DNA from: Phoronis australis
Taxonomy: Eukaryota > Animalia > Phoronida
NCBI GenBank assembly: GCA_002633005.1
Contig: NMRA01000017.1
Location: 764,001 to 828,000, forward strand
Reading direction: 5' to 3'
Length of the DNA stretch: 64,000 nt
Shown: positions 27,723 through 39,200 of the stretch, piece after piece
Numbering within the stretch: position 1 is the stretch's first letter
How the letters are laid out: every line of letters begins with the position of its first letter
Position numbers and translations under genes: made by a program
Notes under the pieces: generated by a model
Seen by the model: only the letters and a program-made list of their open reading frames with translations
Told to the model about the DNA's origin: nothing
Databases searched by the model: none

Positions 27723-30700
27723 AAGTAAAGATATAGACATGTACACACAGATAGTGTATTACAGTAATAGACTCATGTACTGAAATTGAAACAAACATAC
27801 AGAAATGTTTAAACTCAGATGTATCTAATGCTGCAGTTGGCCCGGCAATTTATCATGCTAAACACCGAGCTAGGCCTTTCTCTCTCATAAAATCTGTCTA
27901 ATAATATTCCTTACTGTGATGGGATTGTATTTCCTAATACTAACGAGAACACAGGCAATGCCTACATTCCTCGTATTGAAATTAGATGTTTCAGGCTCAG
28001 CCAATCCCAATGAACTCTGAAGGCACAATTTGTTTTTGTTTTTTATTCAGCTGAACAGGAGACATGCAGATTTGAAGACAGCTGAGTAGCTAAACAGACT
28101 TAATCAAATTAAAATATAATGCTTGTTATAAGTACTGAGTGTAATAAGCTTCTTATGGTGATGAAGTTTTTATATTCTTCATGAATAATAGAAAATTTGA
28201 ATCGTTCTGGGCGTCACTCCACAGCTGGCAATAATATTGTAATGCACAATGCCACTGTTTGTGTTTACAAGTAGAATACGAGTTCATTCTCCCAGTCAGA
28301 GTAAAGGAAAACGTCCCTTAGACTCCTGAAACTGAGAGTTGAAAGTAAGGTAGGCCTACGACAAACTTTCGTGTCTGACAAAACTGATCTTCACATGCAA
28401 AATATTCTTAGAGAAGAACTGCTGCGCGCGATTTCTGTATGGGGCTTTAAATATTCAAACGTTTTACACGTGCAGTATAATATCCGTGTGCAAACTTTTG
28501 CGGCACATGGACCAGGCTGAACGCGAGTTGATTCGGACAATTGTGATATTGAGGGTGCATTCTTTAACACCAATTTACTCCTCTGAAGTTGCAAAAACGA
28601 GATCAAAACAACTTGCGCCTAATTCCAGTGTACATGTAAGTTTAGGTAGCATAGACGTGTGATGAAGAAAGGTATTTGTACTCTGCAGGCTGGTCTTCAT
28701 GAGAACTTGATAGACATGAAATGTGGGTTTAGCCTAAATTTGATGCAGCGTATGAGTTCCAGCCTTTTGCCAAGTGTTCTGTGCTTGAAACTCGACTCAT
28801 CATATCATATGATTCTATCTCCAAAATGAAACTCTACTCGACTCAGATTCAGAACAGAAATTCCTGTGGCGTGCTTAGTTTTAACTAAGAACGCCACGGG
28901 ATTCGAGTACAAATTTGTTAGTTAACTCGAAACGTGGCAAGCAGTTGACAAATTACCGAGTTTTCGAGTACAAGTGTAAGAATCCTGGGTCTGGTCTTGC
29001 TTGTTTTTCATTTTCAATTTCAAAAAACAAGACTGGGGCGACCTTGCAAGTAAATCGAATGTTGCACACACAAACCTGTTTGCTGTTACTTCTTGTTATA
29101 AGCACTTCGCAGAAAACCAAAAATTATATTATCTTGATCTGTTCTAAAAACTGCACATGCTCTCTAAGAAATTAAATTACCTTTCCACAAACACGAGCAG
29201 GTTCTTATAACAGACAATTCCGAACTGGTGACATCGTGTGAATTATTTTAATTCTTTAAAAGAATGCTGACCATTTCTGAGGTCAGACAATTATAAATCA
29301 TACATTTTGCTCGCCATCTTTTGGCTGGAAATGTAGGTGTAAGTTCTCTGCTTCCATTGGTTGGTTTCATTCTGCTTGGCTGTACAATTTTGATTTTTAA
29401 TGCATCGCTTTCCTCGTCATTTTCAAAAACTGACACCTGTCGGTAGAATACTGATTCTGCTGCTTGCCTTTTTCCTTAGGGCGCACAAACATTCACAAAA
29501 TCAATGTTGCATTTCATTAAACAAAAAGCGGGAAATCTGTGCCATACTGCAACGTCCAAAACCATCCCGACGTCGAGATAGGCCAAGTCGTGTGAACAGG
29601 CGCCGAAACATATACGGTGGTACGCAAATTTTGTCAATAAACGGCACGTGCCGTGGCGGGACGAGGGACGCGGCTTCAAATAGCGGGACGGTTCCTCCAC
29701 AGCGGCATAGTTGCCAAGTATGCAAAATGTTGACAAATGATTTCACATGATAGCTCACTTTTAGCTATGAAATAGTATGAACAAATGACATTAGTATCGA
29801 ACTCCAAATGTGTCTCAAAGTCTTATACTGGTCATGTTGAAGAGGTACTGGAGCGTTAACTTGCAATAACTAACGTTTTATTTTCCATTTTTGTCTACCG
29901 TACATGTGCTTATGTTGTGTATTTGGCTGCGCTAACTACGCCACCTGTGTGCGATTAGGTCGCTTGTATTTCGGGGTCAAGACTTCATTTCCTTCGATTT
30001 TGTGTTTGTCAGAACAGGAGCTCAAGTTCTTAAATAAGACGATTGTACTATTTCTGTAGCGGACAACACAGCTGATGTTTTCGGCGCGTTAAATCGTCTA
30101 TCTCCTATTCCCAAATTGTGCGATGCAAAGTTCATTGGTGACCAACTTTTTATCCAAGCCTCCTTTCATTTCCCGCATTTGGCCAGTCACAAATTTCCTC
30201 TATGACCTATCATGTCCATATACCTTCGTTACAACATTTCAAAAGTGAACGAGCGTTGGTACAGATCGTGTCGATCCCATCAGGATCAGCGCCTTATGGA
30301 TTTCATCCAAGGATTAATTAATGCTCACTGGTGTGTACTCCTGTGGTGGGATGGTCCAGAGACATCTGGTGTTTGTTTCTCTTTTCTGTCCCACGCTTGC
30401 AAACAGTGGTGTATTGCGACACGTAGCAAGAAAAATAAAAAAGGTTTTCCGATGCCAGCAAAAGTTCACACTGTCTATATCACTCTCTACAGTGACCACG
30501 GGGTCTGTGATTGCTACGGTTGGCGTTTATAGTAAATAGTTTCAACCAGTCATGAACCCGCGCAAGCAAGTTATTGTTTTCACTCGGAAAGGCGTTATCA
30601 AAACGCGAAGTGTATCACAGCCGCTTCAGTATTTTTACTCATTACCATAAAGACCGCATGGCGAAGTTTGCTCTTTAATTAGTCACCGTCCACATGTTGA

Positions 30701-32767
30701 AAACAAATGTCTAAACAAATGCGCGTGGGAATGGTAGTGTTTTCATCTCCACTGCTTGTAAGTAAAAAGAAACACTGATTCGTTAAATTCATGCATTCAA
30801 ACCGCATCTCCGCTGTGTTAGCTAGGCTTTCATTGGCGAGTGTACGAAAGAGTCGCAGTGGTAGCTGCATGGTGATTTTGGCCAAGAAATGTAAGTAATT
30901 AAATCATCTAACAGTTTGATCACGTATGGTGAAAATATTCGTTCTTGGAATAATACCATTAAACAACTTAATGACGTCACTTGAGGCGGAGTTACCAATA
31001 TTATTCAAAGCAGCTTTTGTCCAAGGCTAACTTTTCATTTAGTCACTTCTTGTTATAAATCTGGTTTTAATTGTCCCTTGCTCAGTTTAGATGCGGTTTC
31101 CGGGCTTGGGAATCGCCGACAGTTCACAGTTGCTTGAAACCATGTTGGAAAAGTTGGCCTATCACGGTGGGTAATTTTTTGAGCCGAGCATGACAACAAT
31201 TACTATAGAACTGCTAATCTTCCCTACAGACATAATTCCTCGTTTCCGTAAAGAAAAGATTAAGACCAATTTATTAGTGGAAAGAAGTCTAAATTAATAA
31301 GGGGACAAACACAGGTTTTCATTTTCTAACACTAGACTGTCCGTTCTCGCGTTTTGGAGGTACAAAAGTCGGTTTGATACGCCATAATTATCGTCTGTGA
31401 TGTTAGTGTAATCAAGAAGGGTAGCAGTGTTTTAAACTTGCTTTAATTAAAAACAGCTGTTTTAAAGTTTTCACAATCACATGATTAAATCGTGATATTA
31501 CGACGTCGAGTTCAAAAATGTATAAGTTTATGAATGGCGTGTATAATTTATTTTGCGATTATCTTTTTCAAAGTTAGTATCGATACTACCACAGTATTTC
31601 GGTATTCTCATTCTAAACTGGTAACGCTGCTCGGTAGGATTGTATTTTTCTGCGAGCTAATACGGTTTAATTAGCGCTTTCAATTAGGTCAAGTGTTGAT
31701 CAATCTGCGCGAGTAGGACCACTCGCAGCAGTCGTCATTTTGATTAAATTAAGCTTTCAACACGAATACACTGACTAATAACTGTCAATTGCATCAGGAA
31801 GGTGTGGTGAAAGTCATCGCAAATGAGGTCTTAATTGAACCCATCGAGCTTCACTGACCCTAGATCAATTACTGAAACAGATAAACGTGATCATTCTTAC
31901 AAGTAATAGCAAAGGTAGGAAGAGGCACAAGATGTTTTTTCATTTAGTTACTTACAGTTGTGTCTATAGATTTTGAGATCAATTATAGTCCCTCAAGTTG
32001 AAGAATCATTAGAAGTCTTCTCGCATAGAACACGTGTGAACTTAAAATAGAAAACGCATTATCGGAGTAAAAAACAAAGACAAAACTTAACACAAAAATT
32101 GTTACGACTTGGAGAGGGTTGATAGCACCACACTGGCGGCAGTTTTGTTTGTGTTTGTGTTTTCTCTCTAGAAAAAATTAATTCGCTATATTGTGAGCCA
32201 GTTCACTTGACATGGGTGATATATCCAAGGATATTAGATTGTGTTGCTTGAATATTGCTTTGGCAGTTTTTAAGTAAACTGTCGTTTACTTATTTGACAA
32301 CAGAAAAGCTATTCAGTATAATACGTGTATTATCCGGACAAATCGACGCATGTGCATACTAGAAAATTAGACAGAATACAAGCATTTGCGACATGTCATC
32401 AATGGCTTTATAGGTTTTCGGTTCAATGATCATGGTTATTTGGTGTCTTTAGGATATACGCACATGTATAGCTAGAAACAGAAAGACATGTCTTGCTGTC
32501 TGAATTCAAAGGCCATTTAGCCCCAAAAACCTTTGCAATAAGAAATATTTGCATTTATAAAGTTCTGATTATGTGCGACACTAGAAAAATCGCCAAATTT
32601 AGATAACTACCGAATCTCATGTCTCTGAAATGGTTGATCAGATTCATGTCACGTGCTATGTTTTACACACTGTTCTCCGAAGATATGTTTGGATTAAAGA
32701 GACATTAAGTTTTCACGGCCGAAAATGCACTTTTCGCTTGTTATTGGATGGGACAGACTTTGTGAAG

Positions 32768-32900
32768 TTATTAACTTTGACTAGAGCTAAAGACAGCAAA
32801 ATTCATTGTAGTGTTGTGGATTTTTATTACAAATCGCCAATTATCGCCGTTGCTTGTCTGTCATTCGCTGAAACCGAGTCCGGTGACGTCACCAGCTAAG
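32768..32900 (+). repeat. Dispersed repeat family C; second copy at ~44302-44400
   Basis: TTATTAACTTTGACTAGAGCTA...AAATCGC-AATT-TCGCCGTTG...TCTG-CATT is shared by both loci. Confidence 0.7.
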
Positions 32901-33797
32901 AAAATGTAATACAATAAGTATTAGCGTGCTTTGTTTCATTTCTCGAAATTTTGTGACCGTTGCAAAATTAAATCAAAACATTTGATAATCGCCATTGGGA
33001 GAAAGTGGATGTCCCAAGGTGATAGTAAAATTGTGGTAATGTTTCTCAGTAATTTCTTAAAATGCACAAGTTTACCAGATTTTTAGCGAAGGTATGATTT
33101 GTTGACAGAGTAGTTGCCTAAAAACAGAAGGATTAAAACACTGTTATTGCTTTGCATTATTTCGGCGGAAGCTTTCGCGTTCTCTTGAAGACTCACGTGA
33201 CGGCTTATTCGCCCGGGTATATTTCTCCTTCAAGAAATTGTACCCGTTGTTACGATTAAGGTATCGTCGACACTGCTTGGCCAAAATGTCTAGCTGCAGC
33301 CCTTATGTAACAGCTAGGAAAGTCTTCAATCTACGTTATTTAATCACTTTCTGCTGGTCATTACTTTGGTACTGTCCACTTTTTCCCGTAACCTAGGTAA
33401 AAAGAGGCCCAGAGTGACAGCTGTAAGTTGGAAGATGGCGATCATTGATCGTCGTAGAGCTTAAATTTGTTAACCAAGTTAGCAACGAACAAGCAGCCTA
33501 TTTAGGTACCAGTAACGAACGCAGATGTTAGTGGTTGTGAAATGACTCCGACATTCTTACGTAATATACTGATGAATACAGTTTTTGTGTATGAACGTAT
33601 GCTTCTGTGGTAGCAATTGACCTTTTTGCCGATAGACAAATATTGATGCGCGAGCAGCTCAGAGTTGAGATTGAAGGGACATCCTTCCAGCCACATTAAT
33701 CTCTTGGTGTCTTTATGTACCGCCACCTGGTGGCAACTTCTTGCGTATGGTCCTCGTCTGCGGTCAAGTAACGATTTTACACACTTGCGCACATAAA

Positions 33798-33958
33798 CAG
33801 AGGCGGATTTAAAGGAGGGCCAAGCGGGCCATGGCCCCCCTAAAACTCTCACAGATTCCCTTTGGCAGTTCGGGGGTGCGCCGTGTGACTAGTGGCAAAA
33901 TCCTGGTTAATACTCTGCCCTGGCCCGCCCCAAATAAAAATCCTGGATCAGCCCTTGA
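33798..33958 (+). mobile_element. MITE-like family B (hAT-like CAG...TG ends), copy 1
   Basis: CAGAGGCGGATTT...GGATCAGCCCTTG ends; the internal TTGGCAGTTCGGGGGTGCG and CTGGTTAATACTCTG are shared with 53091-53249. Confidence 0.7.
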
Positions 33959-35212
33959 TAAAGTTCGATTTTGCGTAGAAAGATCGGCGACTTCCGCCTG
34001 ATCCCCTATATTCACGATTATTAATCTCTACTGAAGGCAGTGACCTCTATATGCATACTTGCGACACGTATAATGCAGTTGTTTACTTCGTTTACGAAGT
34101 TGTGACTGCGTTACAATTCTTTCCAATGGTCTAGATAAAATCGTTAGGAAACAATATCAGGAATAGCGAAATTTTATTATATTAACATAACTTGCTATAC
34201 AGTGAATCACTTAAGTATGTCATCAGAAACGCTGACATTTGCACAGCTACCGGCACAAGAATAACTAAAACAACTGCGAGTAAAACGAAAGGTCCTGTAT
34301 TTATACTGCTGTGCGTTGTCATGTGTAGGCGACTCTTGAGACTGGTACCTCCGTCATATGCAAGTCTTCTCTTTATTTACTCTGCCCTCATTTTACATAT
34401 TTGTACTCACCAGTAAAGCAACTCAGGCACTACGCTCTTGTCTAAATGAATTTATGAATTAAAAACGAAATCTGTTTACAAAACATCTACGTCAAACTTA
34501 ATCCACTCCCGGTGCCAATTTTATCTTTGCATTTGTCCATCGTGGCTGATTTCAAATCATCCGTGCTCTTTTTGACGTCACTGTTTACGACTGCGAAACA
34601 ATGGTTTGACCTTTCGAAAATAATGGTGAAATTTCAAAAGATATTGTTGTCCCATCTCGTGTGATAATTTTCAACAACGCTGGTCAGTTAACATAAGTAG
34701 ATATGAACGTTCACAGCGGATGTCAAAATAATCGGAATTCAAGATCGAGCTCGGAAATTATACCATGGACTTAGTGCGCAAGACCGGCGGGTCGAATTAG
34801 CAATTTCCTTTGTTCTCGCGGATGCTTTGCAACGTTGGATGACATTTTAATAGGTACTATTTAATTAATCAACGACACTTCAGTAGTAATTAGGCGGCAT
34901 GATGCTTGCCAAAGGCTGAATTGGTGAAAAATACCGTGCAATTCCATTGCCTCAAGGTCAAAAGATTAGTTGTAGTTTTCTCAAAATTTCATCGTCAAGT
35001 CAACATCAACACATGTGAAGTGCAGCAGGCGCCGAAAGTTGTCCGTGAAAAAGTTGTCTCCGCCTGGAAATGAATCCTACTCCATTGTGTCGTCTATGTT
35101 TTCTTCTGAATTCATATAAATAAATAGATTACACAATAATTATTAGTATATTTTAGGTTTGTTTGCTTACATCTCATTCATAAATGAATATCACAATGGC
35201 AACTGTATTTTA

Positions 35213-36232
35213 CTAACATAATTTGTAATGCATCCAATCTCTACAGCATGTCATCAGAAAAGCTATCAGTTGTACAGCTATAGGCACGACAACGATGAAA
35301 GCGGCGACAAACAAAGCAGAAGTTCCCGGATCGTCCTTGTAATCCAGTACTTTAATAATGTACGATCTTCCGTTGCGTCCGGTTCCGCCGGCTGCCCAAT
35401 AAATGATAGTGAAACTCGCGCCAGACAGGTTGACCAACGCGATGACCCAACAGTGTAGTATGTTAACGGGAACTGAACCCATAAAGAGTTCTACCATTAG
35501 AAAGAAACAAAATATAAGATCCACATGCTTAACATTATCGGATCTGAACTCTGTCATGTACCCACCTGCAAGCGAGAGAAACAAAGTACGAGGAAGGGAA
35601 AACGGTACGTTAGCATTGTAAAGAAACCAGTAAGATCTTAGAATGCACGGAAGCTTTTGCATTTTTGTTTGGTGGAGATTATCGGCTGTATTCTTTTTTT
35701 CGGTAAAAGTCGAACTGTCAGAGTCCGTGGCAAATGATCTCGTCACCAGCTGTTTGCTTCTGGCCCCGCTTTGCCTCCTTAAATGACTGTCCTGTCTACC
35801 CTTTCTTTGGGGCTCTACCCGTCTTCCAGTTTTCCAAAATGGAATGAAATAATACTTGAGGAAGCAGACGAGAGCGGTTATTGAATACACGGAAGAGATT
35901 AGTTCATACCACGAAGAGGAATAAATTGGCCATTTCCATGAGCTTTCTTTACCAGGCGTGTACAATGCAGTCGCAGACAAAATCGTATACCCAACGATGA
36001 TTATCACGAATACCACGCGGTACACCAGAAACACACAAGGATGGATTGGCCAGCGACACTTGACAAATTGTTCTGGAGTGTCCCAAAAACGGAAACTTAA
36101 CCGTTTCCTAGAAAACTGTGACTTGCATAGCGCACCCAATCCTCTCCACTCACCCCCGTAAGTGACGTCATCGTCCGAGTGGCACGTTGTATTACTAGCA
36201 ATACCAACTGAACTCCCTTTAGCGGACTGTGC
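35213..36232 (-). CDS. rost: Rolling stone-like (FAR-17a/AIG1-like) multi-pass membrane protein, large terminal coding exon
   Basis: Open frame of 339 codons with about 6 hydrophobic segments. Family-type motifs are FVKCRW..VFLVYR, WPIYSSSW, SVPVNILH and IYWAAGGTGRNGRSYIIKVLDY. The listed ORF starts at a TTG. The frame stays open up to an acceptor TTCTTTAACAG at 36233, so the start ATG must lie on an upstream exon. Confidence 0.82.
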   Translation of the reverse strand, partial: AQSAKGSSVGIASNTTCHSDDDVTYGGEWRGLGALCKSQFSRKRLSFRFWDTPEQFVKCRWPIHPCVFLVYRVVFVIIIVGYTILSATALYTPGKESSWKWPIYSSSWYELISSVYSITALVCFLKYYFIPFWKTGRRVEPQRKGRQDSHLRRQSGARSKQLVTRSFATDSDSSTFTEKKNTADNLHQTKMQKLPCILRSYWFLYNANVPFSLPRTLFLSLAGGYMTEFRSDNVKHVDLIFCFFLMVELFMGSVPVNILHCWVIALVNLSGASFTIIYWAAGGTGRNGRSYIIKVLDYKDDPGTSALFVAAFIVVVPIAVQLIAFLMTCCRDWMHYKLC

Positions 36233-39200
36233 CTGTTAAAGAACATCAAGATTTTCATTAGAGGTGTAATGCTCATTTTAAACTGTCACGTGACCCGATG
36301 TCTACCGACAGGAGTTCTCACTTCGGCAGAACCATCAACGCGTGCGTACTGAGTGACGATAAGAGTCTTCAGAAAGCAATCAGCTTGTATTTTTTTTTTA
36401 AACGTATCCTCACTTTGCACTTTACTGGACACCATTTGTTCGTTGGTTCAGATTGTTATGCGTTATATTTTTGCTGTTTTCTTATGAAGTATATTCAGCA
36501 TTGTTTTCAGAATAACCCACAAGGTTTGGCACAATAATTTACGTTGCAAGTAAGCAATAGCCTCGTTTTAACATGAATCGTGAACTAAATTTCAAGTTAG
36601 AACTGATTAAAGCCAATTCATCAACGCTGACTCCAAACAGAGCTGGTGGTTCATCGTATAATTTGCAACAAATTCTGTAAAGTAGAATTAAAAATAGAGG
36701 ATAGGTTACATGTTGAGCTAGTGTGTATAGTCTCATTAAATTGTGAATATGCTAATGAAGTACTAATTTACAAACAACCCCAGGTCCTTCAGTGTGACGG
36801 AAACCATCCGAGAACCAGTTACCATTACAATCTCGTGAAAGTCTCATTTTGCGAGACTATTTTCACGTAAATGAATATGGTAATATTTCATCATGGCGGA
36901 CGAAGACCCAATGCCGGCCAAGATAACAGAGAAGGGATATAACTTAGTTTGTTTGTAATCTCACGTCTTTCGTGCATGGCGACAACTCAGATTCCGACAG
37001 CAACTGCAAACAGACAGTGAACTGCACACACTTCACGTCAACATTTCTTACTAAGGGTTTTTATATATTCGCACTTTTTTTAAGTGTATCAGTTGTGATG
37101 TTTTTTGTTTAAAACCGCAATTTACTTACAAATTGTTTCTTTTCCTGATTATACTTGTGCACACAGCTCTCACGGAAGTCACTGGGTGGCGCTTGCTACA
37201 AATTTAAATATTCACAGTTTTAATGAGACATAGCATCTTTAACAAAATCATATTCCCGTTGGTACAATACTTGCGGAGCCATGAAAGGCCTTGGCAATCT
37301 TTCGATTCTATTTTTCTTTCCTGAAATAGCGACCTATCAATTGTCTGTGACCTGTTGACGTCATATTAACATATTAGTAGCGACCCTAGTACCAACCAAT
37401 GAGAAAAACAAATGGAATAGTTTACGAATTCACCATTAGCTGCTAGTGGTGGAGCAAACAGGAAAAGCGAACAGTAAAATGTTGAATCTCCGAGTGAATG
37501 AGAACTTTTGAAGCGCTTGATTTTTGTGCAATTTGCCACGTCATTTCTGAAGACAAATTTCTTCAAGTGTAATATGAACGTATAGGATTTGTTATTTGAT
37601 GTGCCAATACAGCATGTGATATGTATGACACAAAATTCTATGATTTCAACTCGTAGAGTCCAACACTGTTTGAGATTCAGGGCTGGTTTTCTGACTAGTG
37701 TGAATAGTAGCCGGTGAAACTTCGTCATATGGTTACACGACGCAAAAAGATGCTAGTTGGCACGTGAGGTGAACTATTCTCCGAAATTAGGCCGCGAGCC
37801 GTAGGTCCAGTCTTTTCATACATACTATGACCGTGCCAGGGTGGCAACATCATTTGTCCTGTGTAACTAGATATGTCTTAAAGCATTTGATACTCGAAAT
37901 GTCCCCCCCTCTCCATTCTATATTTCATGTTTTAGTCTATCCTAATAACAAGAGGTGGCACTGTATGCAAGGCCAGACATTGAGAAGGTTTCACACGGTC
38001 ATATTCAGTAACACTCTGTATGAATGATGAAAAGTGAAACCTTTCCTTAGGAAATATTCAGCCTTCCAGTTTCGGCGATTTCCATTAAAAATTATGTAAG
38101 CATTTTTAAATTTTCAATTTAAGTGTATCACATGAAGAGGAAGTGCATTCGAAACATCTGTGACTAATAATACTAACTCAGCTGCGGAGAGCACTGCGGG
38201 GCGATGTCCCACTGTTCGTTACTAAAAAACTCTCATCCTGGTTAATACTTTGAAGTTTGCGTCCCCCTGTTCCTTGAAAAGTGCCCCAGTTATTTGCCAC
38301 TCATTTCCATTTACCCCCACTAGCTTCGGGGGACACCCGGCCGAGGGGACATACCGGTGGAGGGACATCACGACGGGTATCATCTGGATGTTGGAGCATC
38401 GTCTCAGAAGCCTTTGGATAGAAGAACTGGCGATATAGGGTCTGGCTCTCTCATTTAGGGTTGGCCCTGCCATCAGGTTTTTTAGAAAATATATTTTCCT
38501 ATACGTTATCCTAACTGAATGATTGATTGGAAGGCTCTGGAACTTGTTGGGACAATTGTGAAGTGAGTGGCTTCCTCAATGGTTTAGCCCGCAACAAATC
38601 TCCATCTTCCATCATAAAAAAACTGACAGATGATTACTGAAGGCAGTTCAACACAGTTTGCTAAAAACTCTAAAGCACTCTTTGGCTAATTTATAAAATG
38701 GATTTTATTTCTCATTTCAAGTAAAGGATCATTTCATTTGAAAAAATGTTAGTTTTTGATACCATAATAGTTCGCAACGTCGAATTTCACAATGACGTCA
38801 TACTGAGCTATAGGCAAACCGAAAGTAGTCACTGGGTGTGATTTAATTCAAACGCCAATTTTTAATTTTGTAAAGAAGATCCTTCTCAGCCTAAATTATT
38901 CACATGAACTAAATTTCAGTCTTAACAACATAAATAAGAATTATCTTGTGAAACGCGGTAATCGTGATATTGAAATTGGCGCCCCTTTGAGAGTCAGCAT
39001 GCTCCTTTATGTGCGACACTGATTGAGTCAAAGTAGCTACAAAACTAAGTCGGTCTACACACGACAGTTGCATGATTAGTATTATTAGAAATTGGAGAGT
39101 TTCAGGGCTGTACTCTCCGCAAAATTGCTTCATAAAATAGATCAAACTCTGTCCACGCCCTGCGATTTTTTATATACCACTTTAGCTACAACTTCCTGTC

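Noticed and set aside
35228-36161. Plus-strand ORFs overlapping the rost-like gene
   Set aside because: Antisense shadows of the real coding sequence; the same applies to the minus-strand ORFs over nAChR exons.
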